Positions 1-14,500 of a DNA stretch of 64,000 bases are shown in pieces. Below the pieces are notes generated by a model that had not been told where the DNA came from, made no database searches, and saw only the letters and a program-made list of their open reading frames with translations. The position numbers and the translations under genes are program-made. Origin of the DNA: Phyllosticta citribraziliensis (taxonomy: Eukaryota); the NCBI RefSeq assembly GCF_038025025.1, contig NW_027117341.1, forward strand, positions 248,001 to 312,000, written 5' to 3'. Position 1 is the first letter of the stretch. Each line of letters opens with the position of its first letter.

Positions 1-100
1 TGGAGGCTGCTTGTGGTCCAGTGTCAGTAACGACGTGCGTCTTTGATCCGCCCGACAGTGACTCGAGACGCCAGACTTACCTGGTGGACGTGTGTACCAT
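1..100 (-). CDS. Possible first coding exon(s) of a gene running off the left edge (MVHTST...)
   Basis: Minus-strand ATG at 100, GTAAGT donor at 80, ACTGAC branch at ~23-28, CAG acceptor at 7-9. It could instead be a 5' UTR intron. Product unknown. Confidence 0.3.
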
Positions 101-1968
101 GAAATCGAATCAACTCGGGGGGGACTGAGCTTGATCAGGACTTGCAAGACTTCTCGGTCAGACGGGTCGCGGTCAGTTATCAAGCCTTGAGCGAAGGAAT
201 CTGAGAGCGTTGAGACATGCAAGGAGACTTATACATGTATTGTCGGCCCTCTACATTGAGCAAAGGCTGCGGTTCCCTAGCACTCGGCAGGAGAGGAGGG
301 CAAAGAAAGGATGGTTGCAAGCGTGTCCTTGGTCACGTTGCTTCCGGGAGCAGAGCGCCTCAAGAAATACGTCAAGGAAAAGATGGTGCCTTCTAGGAAC
401 GGCCGCGCATGGACAAGAGGCCAGAGATTGCAGGGGTTGCTTTTTGGTGCTAGCGGTCCCGCGTGCCGTCCGTCGGCGGGCCAGAGGTTTCGGCGAGCAA
501 TGGATGGCCAAGGTGGGCGTGTGGACGGCGAGGGTGAAGACTGGCGCCAATTTCGCGAACGTGCAGAGCCCGCGGAATGGCGTACCGGGCGAACAAAGGC
601 GGGCGCGATTCACCTGTTTGCCCGTGGAGGTGGACGATGCCGAAACCGAGGGGAGAGAGTGAGACCAGTCTTGAGGGGGGAATGATGCAGTCTGGATAGA
701 GCAATGGCGTCAAAACCGGGCAGCTGGGCAGAGGTGGGATTGGCCGGGTCTAGAGAAGAAGCTTGATGGGTGTCTGAATATGCAAGGAGAAGATCGGATG
801 CAGACTGAGTCGCGGTTGTGGTGGTCGCGGTGGTGGTGGTGGTGGTAGTGCAGCAGTCAGGCTGCCAGGGCTTATGGCATGAAAACACTTACACAGTCAG
901 CTGTAAGCTTTCACTGAGTCAGCCCGGCAGCAGGCGATGGCGGTACAGATCTGGCGCAAGCTGGTCCGGAGCGAGGCGAGGACGACGAGAAATTGCTCCA
1001 GGCCGTGAGGGTGCGGCTCTGCTGTGCGCGTTGGAGTCCTCAGCCGTCAGTGATCAAGGGTCGACCGGGGGGTGGACCGCCAAGCCACGCGCCTAAACAG
1101 CCTGACGGAAGACAAAGCAGACGTCTGGCGGGATTGACAGAAAGGGGCCGAGGCGCCCTAGGCTGAACACAGGCCGGCTAGGCTGGAGGAGTGGTGATGG
1201 AGGAGGAGGAGGAGGTGGTGGTGATGATGTTGGAATGCCCCGGTGGGCCTGAGCGCTGAATCACAATCCGGAGGCGCCGGGCGATTGACGGCGAGGGCAG
1301 AGTAAACAAACGGGAGGTGATGCGAACGGGATCCGCGGGGAGGGGGGTTGGATGAGGAGTTGATTGGACCTTTTTGGATTTTCTTGTTTCGAGAAGGGGG
1401 GGCTGAAGGGGGTTTCGTCCAAAGGAGGGAGGGGGAAAAACTGGATGGCGTACGCGAGCAGCTTTTGCAGCAGCTTTGGTATGTATGGAGGAGAGGGCAG
1501 GGAGGGAAGGGCATATATCATCGTCATCAACAGCGCTCGGGCATGGGATGGGGTTGCGTGAAGAAGGCCGTGCAAAGAAGCCCTGGACTGGAGTGGACTA
1601 GGACCCTTCGATTCAGCACCTGGCAGGCGGAGCGGGCGCTGGAGCCCTGGGCTGGGCTGGTTGGATGGCGCGCATGGCAGCCAATGCCCGGGTGCTGAGC
1701 TGTGCTGTGCTGTGCTGAGCCTCGCCCTGCTTGGGGTGGGTGCTGCGGCCATCCAAGGAGCGGACCCGAGGCGGCGGACGCGTCCTGTCCTGTACGGTAC
1801 GGTACATGGCATGGCATGGCTCTCGGAGCGTGGGAGGGACGGCTGTACTGTATGTAGTAGTAGTCATTCAGTCATGGCAGCAGGGCAGGCGGGCCGTCGA
1901 TGGCGTTTGGCTTGCCTGGGTTGATGGGCTTGGGCGCAGACATGGGCCGGGGTCTGGGGATGCGGCCT

Positions 1969-2001
<33 letters not shown>

Positions 2002-5000
2002 TACAGCGAGCGAGCCAGCCGACATGACATGGGCGCGGGATAGGATGGGATGGCGGCCGATGGCGATGGTGGGTGAGCCCAGAGCTGCGGTGTAGTGCGG
2101 GTTGGTGATGAGGTTGGCGGTGGTGCAGAGGTGATGCAAGACGCGAGAGGGCAGAGAGAGGTCAGACGTCGCCGAGTGGCAGCATAGCGTGGGCGCGACG
2201 ACGACGACGGCGACAACGACAACCACCCGACCCATCAACGACACCACCCACCCCTGCGCCCACGACCAACTCTATTCCAGGGCGGTGGACCTCTGTTGCG
2301 GGTATATTGCGCGCAACGGTTTTTCTTTTTCGCTCGGCCTCCCAAATCCCAGCCAGCCCTGGGCCATTACGCGGTTGACGTGCCCCCTTGCTCCACCGGC
2401 CGCGTTTGCCATCAGTCTGTGCATGACGAGAAGGACACAGCCAGAGAAAAGTCGTCCTCCACGGCCCTCGTCATGGTCCACTCTGGGGACAGGGACCACC
2501 AGCATGGCTCTCCCTTGCAGCGCGTGCTTCTTTACTTAGATCACGCCGCCCCCTGTCACCACCACTCGCTGCCCTCGACCTGAGCTGACGAGATGCGGCT
2601 GCGTCGATCGCCCGCTGTATGGTTGATGGAAGACTTGCTGCTGCTACGCCACGATCAAAATGCAGGCACAGCCGCTGCCTATTGAGTCGTGAGTCGTGAC
2701 GAGTCAAAAGGTACGTCTCGCTGTCAACGTCTCGTCGTCAACCTCTCTCCCCTCACCGCACCGCACGCACCGCACCCGTCAGTCGGCCATTTTCACGCTT
2801 CTGCCGTGGCCGCTCCTTCGGGAATGGCTACATCCACGTCTGCAATGCGGAGAAGGATCAGTGGCTTCTATGAGCAACGCTCGTCCGTGGCCCTGGGTCG
2901 CTCGCCTACCGACAAGAGGTGAGACGTGCATATCTTGGTATCCGCTGCCTCCTCCCTACTTCTCCCTCTGTCCTTCTCTCTCAGCATCGTCGAGACCGCT
3001 CTTCTTTGTCAATCCTCCACTTGGTCCGTTTTCTTTTCCCCCCTCAGCGCCGCGCCGCGTCGATCAAACCCGACGTCCGTTCGCGACCGAGAGACCAGCT
3101 CGAGCACCTCGGCTGTATCAGATGACGGCGAATCCCTCCTCCTTGCGCGCTCGCCAGTCAATCCTCCAGCCAGTCAATGTCGCCAGTGGCGTCCTTGTCC
3201 GAGATGGGAGACGTGCATCGCCAAAGGCTGCACAGGCGATCGTGTCGTCTCCTCGCATGCTTTTTCGGGCGGCGGCATCGCGATGGCCAGACGGTGCGCC
3301 ATCTTGGCCCTGCTGCCGGAACTCGATTGCTGACCACCCAGCGTCGCATCACCGAGGGCAAAGGAAATTACCAGATACCCGGTTTGGCCGTCTGCATATT
3401 GACATTCCAGCAGATGGTGCTGCTGTATACCACCGTGTGTGCGCTGGAATGCACCCTCAGGCCAACCTGGTTGTCGGTTCGTTCGTCTCTTGCGCCCACT
3501 CATGCAAGGACAAGACTTTTTTATTCCAACGGCCGGGTTCTGCCCTCCCCTCTCTCGTGTCACTGCAGCTGAAAGGACATCATCTCTAGCTTCGTGCATC
3601 CTCCTCGCTGTCGGCAAACCCGGCTGTGGCCGTGCCCGCATCATGGCAGGCCTAACTCCCACTCCCTCAGCAGCCTAGCCTTTATTCGCTTCTTCGCTAA
3701 CCCCTCTTGTCCGTGTCCATTACACCACTAGGGCGCCTTGAATTCGAACAACAATCATCCGGGCGACTGATGGCGACCACGACAAACGACGAGGTCGATG
3801 GCCTCCTAGAACTCCCAAAATACCATCTGTTGCTGTGGCGCAGCACCACGTCCATCATCCTTTTACTTTCGCTACCCGCGACCCCTACCCCGGGCCCCCT
3901 GACCCGTGCGAGTGCTCCCGGTCCTGCACGTCCAGGCCCTGACCAGGAACTCCGCGTCCTAACTCAACGATCCACCACTTCTCAAACGCTTGCATTGCGC
4001 TCTGCTCTCTCTGCGCTCTAGACTCCGTCAGCCCGAAGCGCTGATGGGCGCAGAACGGCGTGCCGGATCACCTTGCTTTTCGTTCGCTCGCCTCCGCTTT
4101 GTTGCGTCGTCAGTGACAAGCTCGAGCTCGCTACCCGCCCTGTTCCCCGTTTCGTGGTTCCCGCCGTCGAGACCTGGGCTGCTTGCGCCGTTGTCCATCC
4201 GCCCGCACCGTTGACATCTTATTCCCCTTTCTTGTTCATGTACGCAATTCTACGCTCCCCATGTCATTTCCATGCTATACCATGTCGACCCACGCTTCCA
4301 CGAGGCAAGCCCTCACAGGGTCCTAGCGTTGACGCGCGTCCGAGCAACCAGACCAGACACCGCAAGTCAGGTCGAATCCCGCCTACCGAAATCCGGGCTG
4401 CCAACGGCGCACGCTGTTGCCTCTTTGGTCGCTGCGTTCGCACTCGGCGCTGGGCTTGAGCTTCGCCAGGCGTTTGTAGGCTCGGCGGCTGGGAGCACAG
4501 GTCTGGATCCTGGGCGGTTCGGTCGGCCTCGGTCGGCTACCGACTCGTAATTGCTCGTGGCTCAGCGAAGCGGGCGGGTGGCTGAGAAGGAAATGAATCG
4601 GCAAACGGATGCGTTCGCCCATGGTTCCATGTTTTGGCAACGCTGGTGGCTGGGCAACACCGCGTCGCGCGCAACGCGAGTTGAAAGACTTTTGCCCAAC
4701 CTGATTCTTGTGATCTTCAACTGGCAATATTGCATTGCAAATGGTCACGGGAGATTCCAGTCCCCACGGTATGTTTGTGGGTTGTTCCGCTACCTGTCTA
4801 CCCTACAGTCGATTCTCCCTCCCTGTCATCTCGTCTATTCATAACCTCAAACCCCATTTCAACAAGTCAACTCAGTCCGATGTGCTTTCGCAAATACTTC
4901 AATGCCAAAGGAAGGCTCAGTCCAATAACTTGGTCCAATGTACGACGCAAAGCTCGATCTACTGTCGACTTCCTTGTCCTGTCATGACTCACCAAACCCA

Positions 5001-7198
5001 TAACCCAGGAATTTTCAGACATCCTGCTCGTCAACACCAATATGCTCATCTCCAAGACCCGATTGTAGAGTCACCCACCCATATTTATCTGATTTGGCAA
5101 GTTTGTCGTCCCTCCCGCCTTGGCAACGGCATTGACTGGTCAATATTTCAGGCACGGCGAGGTTCGCAGGCGAGTAAGGCAATCAAGCTACGCTGCGCCA
5201 CAGCTGAGAGCCAAGATCTATTTCCGAACTCACTGAACAACAACATTTCCGTCACTCTTCTGGCCGGCCCGGCCTCCGCGCCTAGTCACAACTGGACGGT
5301 ATCATTAGTCTATGATCGACAGGAACAACTTGACCGGGAACCGCGGTACATGTTGCCGCGAAAGCTGGGAAGAGCTTCGTGGACAGGCCATTGTGTAGGT
5401 TGAATCGCTGAATTGGTCGGTTACTTGACTCAGTCGATATACTTTGGGACGATCACATAATCACTTTTGACACGACAGGCAGTTGAGCACCTGGAATAGA
5501 GGCGGGAGGGTAAGCCACTCCCTTTTGCAGACGCATCAAGAAGTCCGGCTACGCCATAATCGCCAACATCTCGTTCTCGTCTCATCTTCGATCAAAAAAC
5601 TCTCCTGCTATATTTTGTCGGCCTGATTCAATGCAGCCTACGAGTTTGGAATAGACATGCAACACCATCACAGCCAGCCGCCCATACCAAAGCCCTGCAT
5701 CCGACGACCCAGTCTGCCCTGCAAGGCCGTCGACCTAGACTAAACAGGCAGCCCAGCTGCGCCACACGTCCAGACCTGGCCGGACGCGACGTGACCTAGC
5801 GAGCGTTGAACTCTTTTTTCTCCATGGGCGGGACGGTTCGGTTCGCTCGGTCCTGCAAGCCTGTCTCTCTCCATCCCCAGGATCACTCCCTCAGCCTTGC
5901 CGTATCGCGCGCCGCCCGCGCTCCTGGCCCACGTTCGCAGGACTGCATGCTGCCCGTCGCCCGCCGTTTCGATTGCCTTCAGGCACAGGCACCAGGCACA
6001 TCTGCAGGAACCGAACATGGATAGCCAGCAAAGGTCAAGCAGGGATGGCCAACGAGCGGCGGGAGGCATGCCGCTGCTACTGTTGCGGCGGATACAACCT
6101 ACACCCCACTAAGCCCTACGCTGATCATCGTCATGTCCTGTGTCTAATCGGCCGTTGGAACTTTACGACGGCTTTTATTATCGCCATGTTTCATCTTTGG
6201 AACAAGGGTCGATTGAGCGAGATTGGCTCTTGAAGTCATCCACCCATCCATCCATTCACGTGTGAGTGGAATCGCTACTGAGGTGTTCTTTTTTTGACCA
6301 CGCAGTCAATGCCATATCGTTTCCTGGAATCTCGTCACTCTGTCCTCCATCTACTTCTATGAATACACGGTCGATCTGGCTATTCATGGCGCACTCAATG
6401 CATTACTCGGCCCACCCGTCGCAGTCACGCGGTGACGGACCTACTGACGCGACTCACTGATCAACAACCCAACAGTCTTGCAAAGTCGCATCGGCGCTTG
6501 CGCATCAAATTTAGCGCCAATGATCTGCCAACCTACTCCTCTGTGGATATCGATAGGCGAGAGGATTCTCGCGTGGTTTGCGCATCAGACACCACCAATC
6601 GCCATGGCTGAGACACCACGCTCTCTCCCCAGCTGTGATCCTCGCACCTTAATCAAGCAACTCGCCAACGAAGCCAGATATACTGCCGCTACTGGCCCTG
6701 GTCCGGCACATCTGCAACGACCACCAGAGGCAGCATTGGGAAGAGCCTTAGCAAGCAAGTGTCTCGATGAAACGAAACAATCCAGCGCGCGCACACACTT
6801 TCCCATTCCCCCCACGCCGCACGCACGCACATGCCTTGCCTGTCAGTCAGTCAGCAATTGACTTTCCACGCACCCACCTACCCCTCCCTCCCCTCCCCTT
6901 CACCAACCCCGAAAAACGCAGAGACAAAACTAAACCAAACCAAACTCTCGACAAGCATCGCGTCACCCCGGATTAAGGTTGACCACCTCGCTTACCCCTG
7001 CCCGCCTGTGCGTTATGCACACTCGACGTCTTCTCTCCTGCCTGGATGTACCCGCTCCCCTCACTGCCTGCCCGCGCTCTCCTGCTATCGCTGGACCTGG
7101 TTGTGCTGCGGAGCTGGGGCAGCAGCGGCCGGGATGCCGTGGGATGCGCGGCGCTGGTACGGCGGTTCGGCCCGTTTGCGCATGCTATTTATTCCTCA

Positions 7199-7803
7199 GT
7201 GCTGCTGCTGCTGCTGCTGCTCTGTTCGAGGTGCTTGTCTGCCTGCCTGCCTGTGCCTGGCCGCGCAACTATGTCAATATGTATACATAGATATACAGAT
7301 ATTTTGGTGTTGCTCAGCCATCCGTCCAGCCAGCCAGCCAGCCAGCCAGCCAATACTGTATGTACATTACTAATGCCACATCCTGCCGCACCACACACAC
7401 ACAGTGCCTTGCCGTAGCGTCATGAGAGGAGGCAGTATACGTGCGTGCGCGTGGGGAAGCCAAAACCAATCGGAACTCCCAAACTAACCTACCTACCTAC
7501 CTGCCTGCCTGCCTACCTGCCTGCCTGCCCTGTATCTATCTATAACCGTCTATTCTATGCAGTCCCCATCTCCCTCTGCCTCTCCCTCTCCCTTGCCCCT
7601 ACCCCTACCCCCCCACATCCTTCCCCATGCGTGTGTCGTCCAGTCAGTCAATTGTTTCAGATGATCGAGCCGGGTAGCTAGCTCCATTGCTTGTCGTTCC
7701 CGTCCCATCTCCTCACGCACACACGCCCGCGCACGCTTGATCGACGGCCAAGCCAAGGTGTAATCTTAGACACGGTGGGCTGACTGACTGACTGACTGAC
7801 GAC
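7199..7803. repeat. Microsatellite cluster (TGC, CAGC, CCTA/CCTG, TGAC)
   Basis: Short tandem runs at ~7199, ~7327, ~7487 and ~7780. Confidence 0.85.
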
Positions 7804-8568
7804 GGTGGCATGGCTGGCGGGTGGGCACAACAAGCACGGCTCGGCGCAGCGCCGCCAGCGGCGGTATGCGCTCCGAGTGGGCGGCGCTGCTTTCGCTGCT
7901 GCTATTGCTGGGGCAGGGCAGCAAGCATGTCCGTCCATCAGTCAGCCAGTGGGTAGATGAGTCAGTGAACGATGCGATGGGATGGGATGCCATGTGCCTG
8001 GAGAAGAGATAGTCGTATCTCGGGTCTAGACGAAGATGAGTCGGACTCGGGCCGCGGATGCTGCACTCTACGCCTATTCACTCTCCACCGACGCAAAATA
8101 GACAGACGCACATGACTGGCCCGGCTCTGATGCATGAACAGAGGGGAGGGATGGAAGGAAGAGTCAGTCAGTGCGGGCGGGAGAGCGAGCTGCGGTATGT
8201 CTTGCTGGTGGACGGGATACAGCACAGCTCTTCTATATGCAGTGAAACAGTGTCTACGATGGTATGCTTAGAATTGGTAATGGAGAATTGTTGTTGGAGA
8301 AGATGGAAACAGTGAAGGGAAAAACTAATGCTACGTACATGCATGCTTGCTAAACCACGCGCGCGCTTTCTCTGTACTGTACAGGAATATCCACAATGTT
8401 TTTTGCTGGGCCTTTTGCCATGCCGTACGCTCCAGGAATGCAGTCCAGTAAAAGGAAACAACCAAAAGCACGCCTCTCATTTTGTTTCCGTCCTCCTCCT
8501 CCTTGTCCACGCACAACCAGCCCGCACGACACCTCTCGTCGCTCACCCACGCACCGACCGCACGCGAC

Positions 8569-11500
8569 CTACGTACTCCCCAGAATCCGCGCATACGCAT
8601 CCTCGACCTCCTTGACAATCTCGAGCAGTGTAACAATGACAATCTGGTGCGTGACGTTGGGCAGGCGGTCGCGGTGCAGGCCGATCCACTCGAGCGGCGG
8701 CGTCGCCTCGCCCATGTCGCGCAGCTGCGGCGTCTCGATGACGGGCGTCTCCAGCGCCGTGTACTCGTATCGCGACTGCGGCACGTTGACCACGGCCGTG
8801 ATCTTGTTGCTGTCGGCCGACGAGGGCGACGCTGGCGTGCTGTCCTCGGGCCCGCCGGGCGCCTTGGTGGGCGAGTCGTTCGCGCCGCTCGAGACGGCTA
8901 GGGGCGAGGGCATTTGCGGCGCGTTGGGGTCGGTGGGAGATTTGGCTGGGTCGGATAGGCCGCCGCCGGTGATCTTGACGGCGGATTCGGGCAGCGGCTT
9001 GCCGAGGCGGGTGGCGAGGGCGCGCGAGTGCGTGTTCCACATGTTGCGGATGAAGCTGATGCGTGAGTAGTTCCATCCCACGTCGACCTTGCCCTCGAAC
9101 GAGCTCTTGAAGATGTAGTCGATGTGGTTGGAGCCTGACGCCTGCCACGTCTGCATGGCGGCGATGACCTTTGGCACCCTCAGAATGGTGCCGCCACGAG
9201 CAGCCCTCGCGTTGGCTACGACGTCTTCGACCGTTAGATCCGATACGGCCTGTGGACCTTTGTGGTTGATGCTGGCCAGGGCCACGCTGAGCTCCCCCAG
9301 TGTCATCCCGAGCCCGCTGTGGACCTTGAAGTCCTCCAGGCCAACGGCGAAGCGGGCCTGTACATCCGAAGCTGTGAGGAGCAGGATTTGGTGGTCAGAG
9401 AAGGTGCTTGGAAAGGCGCCGAAGCTGATGGAACTGAGGGTGACGACCACGTCCGTGTGGAGCGATATGGGTGTTTTGGCTTCCTGATCCTTGTCTTGCT
9501 TCGGTGGGGTCTCACTGTCGCTTCCCTCGGGCGGGGTCGATGGTGATGAGGAAGTTCTTCGGAGAAATCTCTCGATGTCTTTGATGGATTGCTTGTAAGC
9601 CGTCTGATTTTCCGAAATGAGGCGATCAAAGGCTTGGCTCAAGGCGATTGCCTGCGCCGCGCTAGTGGTCGTGATGAAGGCTTGCACCTTGTCTCCCTCA
9701 AGCATGACGACGAGGCGGTCCCTCGCTCCTATGTGAGGACCTCGAACATTGTACATGAGGAAGTTGAAGGTGGTAACGTCAGCCACCGCAAAGGGTTGGT
9801 AGTCGAACGACGTCTTGAGAGAAAGCCTTTCAAACCCAAGTGACGCCTGGATGTGAGGTGACCTGCGAACACCTTCTCCGCGAGATGGCCAGCTAATTGA
9901 AGTGCGCACCTTAGAGTCCAGCAACTCGACAAACCCGCTCGTCCGACCGATGCTATCGATGCTGATTCTTTCCATACCGATGCACAGGTTCTCCTCCCAG
10001 TCAGACGTCTTCTTAGACGAAGCCCACAAGTTGACAATCTTGAAAGACGGCTTGCCAATGGCCTGTCCCAGGTCGAGGTCGACGGCCAGCTCTTCGATAG
10101 AGACGGTGGCATTCCATGGAAAAGCTGCTGCCGCAGTGACTTGTTCGTAGCGCTGGACCAGATACTCCTGTGGTCCCTCATTCGGAGCCGGACTTGCAGG
10201 CTTGGACGCCCGGCGCACTTCTGGCGGTATCCAGATCTCGCGGAAGAGCAAAAAGTCTTGCAGTTGTCTTGCATTGATATGGGTTCGCATGGGATCAATC
10301 TTGAGAATGGCAGATATGCCGCTGGTGCCGCTGAGGTGCTTGCTGTTCATGACTGACAGAACAACCCGATTCACGTCAAAGCTGAACGTGGACTCTCGGG
10401 AGTACACATGCTGGACTGAGGCCTGGAGATGGTCGAACGTGGCCGAAACGGCGAAGAAGTGCCCCTGCTCAGTGGACTTGATGCTGTTGATGGTAAGGTA
10501 GATGTCCTCAAACCGTGCTGTCGCTGCAACTCTTGCGATCGGTTGACAACTCAGACTGAATTCCTGCTTGCAAATGCGCAGACCCAAGTTCAGACGAGTC
10601 TTTCCAAGAATGGCACTGGGATCGGCCGTGATGAGATTCTCTTCTTCGAGGAACTTTTGCGGGTGTTTAGGCTCCGTGGGCTTCCTGGGTCGCTTGGGAA
10701 CATTGTCATCTTTGTGCTGGACGACTTCTTTGACGCTGTTGGAGATATCCATAATCAGAGGGACCACGCTTGGGTGCAGCATGTTAGTCGATGCGTCCAC
10801 CTTGAGCTCGGCATTCAACGACGGGTCGGTCGAATCGTCTCGGTATTCAACCTTGAGAGTGACACCCGGGGCACGGAGAGTTGTCGAAGTGTTGGAGCCC
10901 TCGTTGGAAAATTGCCCATACCTTCCCGAACGCCCTGCACCTGCCCCAGTGATTCGAGGGGCCGCAGACGTTACGGGAGCTTGTCCTTGTAGAGTGACAA
11001 CAGCGCCTGCAAAGTCTGCATCAACAAGGAGAGACGAGAGGCGCTTGTTGCCAATCAACTTTTTGGCAGACTGACTTTCACCCTGGCCATCAGTGCTCGT
11101 TATGTTCGCAGCTGCCGTATGCCATGATTCAGTTGCGGCGTGCACCTTTTGACCAGCCAGCGAGATTGACTCCTCGAGGATGGAGGCTGGCAAGATGAAC
11201 TTGGAGTCCAAACGAAGATCCAGAGATTTTCCAGCAGCGTTGAAAGCGAAGCGCCTCTCAGTGCTCGACGAGATGTACGACACGTTGAACACGACCTCAG
11301 GAAGCAAGGCAGAGTTGGCCGACCGAATGCTCTTGCTTTGGTTGGTCGGAACCATTTGCAACTGCATGTCTTCAATCGACAGTCGAGCAGTCTCCTCACT
11401 GCGGGTAGCAAGCTCAATCCTCTTGAACGAAAGAACCAAGTCGTTTCTTTCGCGTCCAGGATAAGCCGAAACCGAGCTGCCCACAATCCAGCTGATCTGA

Positions 11501-14500
11501 ATATCTGAGAGCTCCAGGGACGCGGCAGTGGTGAACAAGCCGCTCGCGGCCATCTGGTCCACCTCTTCAGTGTCATTCCCATCTCCCAGAGTTTTGTGAG
11601 AGGGCCGTCTTCTTGGCTGACGCAACTTGCGCAGATATCGTCTCTCACGGGACAGATCCAGACCCTTAATCCGCTCCTGCAAGTGATTCATGACCTCGAC
11701 AGCCGCCGAGGCAGTGTCGGCAAAGATGTTGACCTCAAGGCCAGTGCTGCGGACACGGTAGTTGCGTTTGGGAATTTTCCAGGTTCCGCTTTGTAGGGTG
11801 CCACGCAGCTCCAGGCCAAAGAACAGGTTGCCACAGTCCTTGATGTTGTCACCGTCGCTCAACTGGCAAGACAAACTGATGTGAGGAAGTAGAGCGGAAA
11901 ACTCAGGCAGCGGGAGAAGCTGGTTGTCTGGCCCAAGGTTGGTTGCCTTTACCTGTATTCGATTCATCTCAAAAGCAATTGTGGCATTTGATGAGTCTGG
12001 GAGCTTGGTCGGAGCTCTCGCCAGGATACCAATGCCAGCCATTACAAAGTTGGCATCAAAAGCAACAGGCATGTCCTCCTTTTCTTCGAGAGCAGGTGCT
12101 TTCTCCGGCTTTGACTGCGGCAAGGCTTCTTTTGCATTGGTCTGAAGCACTTCAATATCGTCCTTGATGGTGTTCAAGACGTTCATGACCTCCGGCTCGT
12201 TGATTGCAAGGAGCAGACCATGTACTGCAGATGCTTCGATAATGAAAGTGTCCATGATGCAGTTGAACCCGATTTTCAGACCCGTCCGCGAGTGGACCAT
12301 CGTCAAGGTGCCGTTTTGAAGTGGCAAGGTGAAGGCAGCAACAATTTGAGACTGTCGCTTCTTGTGGTTATGCAAGCAGTGGCTTTGCCGGTCGACATCA
12401 AAGTTTACTGTCAAAGTTGGGTCCTTGTCAAAGAGTGGAGCAATAGAGACTCTTCCAATCTTTCCGGAGATGACGTAGCTCAGAGACTGCAGCAAAGCGA
12501 TCTCTATCCGGTAAGAGTCCATGAGAAGGGCAACCGTAATGTTTGGCAGTATCGCGGTGTCCTTCTTCTCCGGAGTTCGTGGAGACTCCACTTTGGTTGT
12601 CTTGAAGCTTTCGACTTGTCCTGCAAAGTATGCCACCTCGTCGCAAATAACTGAGTTGGCAACCTCGAGGATTTCGAGAACATCTTCGACGACTTTGATG
12701 CTGAGTTCACCGCTCTTGCCGATGATCAACCATCCTTCAGGAGTCGTTTGCCTCCAGTCGGCGTCGTCGTGGGATACAAAGATACTTGGACTGACGACCT
12801 GTATTCTCATGAGCAGCCTACCCCGTGAGCGAAGCTCGGATCCACCAGCATTTGAATGCACAAGGGCGCTGACGCTCACCCCCTCCTTCATCGCGGTCTT
12901 GTCTGTGCCAACAACGGATATTTTCATCCCGTTGATTGTCGACTGGTATCGCAGGTTGATGGTGTCGATAGTAATACTTCCGGTGTCTGTAGCAAAAACG
13001 ACCTGAAATTTGTGTGCCACTGGCGTGTCTTCGAAGTGGGGTGAAATATCGAGTGCATCATTTTTGTCGGCCCTGCGTGCCTGAGGTGCATTGGACTGGA
13101 ACAAGCGAAGGACATTTTCCACGAGTGCGCAAATCTCCCAGCTGATCTTGATTGCAACATTCTTGGTGCTGACTTCTACCACACTTGATCTCTGCGCCTC
13201 GTGAAGCATGAGTCCAGTTGGCGGAGCGGGAGGGGAGAGAGCAACATCAATCGACAATAGCTGGAAGAGGACATCGCTTTGTTCAGGGCCAGGATCAACA
13301 ATAAGCCGTATGGCCCCAGTCCGGAAAGATGCATCTATCCGCATGGGCTTCTTCTCTTGAGCATCTGAAAAGTCAGGTGTGGAGCCGTAAAGTTCTCGCA
13401 TTGCAAGGCTCTTTCTGACGTGTGCCAGGTCCCATGTTCGCCACTGATCCCAGGCTTCAATGACGCAGTTTTCGGCGTCTGGAGGACACATTGAGTGACC
13501 ACGCATGCATCTGTCAATTATGTCTTGCCGCACCTCCGACGACAAGCTGTCGTAAATATAGTGGAGGCGAGATATGATCTTCCAAGAGTCGTGATTTCTC
13601 AAATGCGAATTGGCAGCGCGTATGGCGTAAGAGGGTCTTGTGATGAACGCGGGATCGGGAATGTCTTTTCCAGCCAATGTCAGAGCGTAAGCCAGATATC
13701 TCAATCTTCTTTGGCTCTTCGCGACGAGTTCTGCAAACTTGGTGCCAATCTCATCTGCAAGAAGAGCGGTTCGGTGAATGAGGGACGCGAGGTACTGGAC
13801 GTGCTTGCTCGAGGTTGCAATATCCATGTCTTTGAAACGAACGTTGACCGAAGCCGATCTGCCAGCAACAAGCCACACCAGCAACTCGGTCAACTCTGCT
13901 GAGACGGCGACATCGTTTCCTGTGCGGCCCGTATGCTTCTCTCGCGCCGAAACGCTCACCGACTTGAGTGTGGTGTGCAACGACAGGGTACTCTTGTCAT
14001 CCTCTTGCTTGGGCCACTTCTTGTCCCTGACTGAAACAGCGAGGTGGTCGAGGACCAAGTCGTACTGATCCTTGCCAGTATGCATCTTTTCTCCGTTCAG
14101 TGGAGGAATGTTGCTCACGAATCTGAGTTGAAACGATGGCAGCCGAAGGTTACATTCGGTAGATGAACCTTTGCCGTCTATCAATTTCTGCAGATCCATG
14201 ATTTTGCCCATGATGGTCATTTGAAAATCGTCCAGAATGTCGCGAGGGTGTCGAGGTTGCAAAACGTCGATCAGATTTACCACTGTCGAGACCGCATTCG
14301 GAGTAATCAGAGCCCGTATGCCAGGCTCGAAGCTGACCAGGAAACTTGTGTGTGAAAAGTTTTCGTCATACGTCTTGTTGGAGACGTCGTTGAAGACCAC
14401 GGCATTTTTCGAGTGCGTGCCCCAATGGGGCGGCCTTTGGGGAAATTCCGGAACCTCCGAGGTATCAAAATCTACACCGTGCAGTGGGAAATAGGGTGTC

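Noticed and set aside
115..200. TPP-riboswitch-like words (CTGAG, CTTGATCAGG, GCGAAGG)
   Set aside because: Spacing and pairing do not fit the aptamer, the GATAAT loop is missing, and the strand is opposite to the putative gene.
1495..1511. G-quadruplex-forming GGGCAGGGAGGGAAGGG
   Set aside because: Such runs are common in this purine-skewed low-complexity DNA; no evidence of function.
2696..3589. 297-aa + strand ORF and overlapping ORFs
   Set aside because: No motifs, random-like composition, and it runs through a CT-rich tract.
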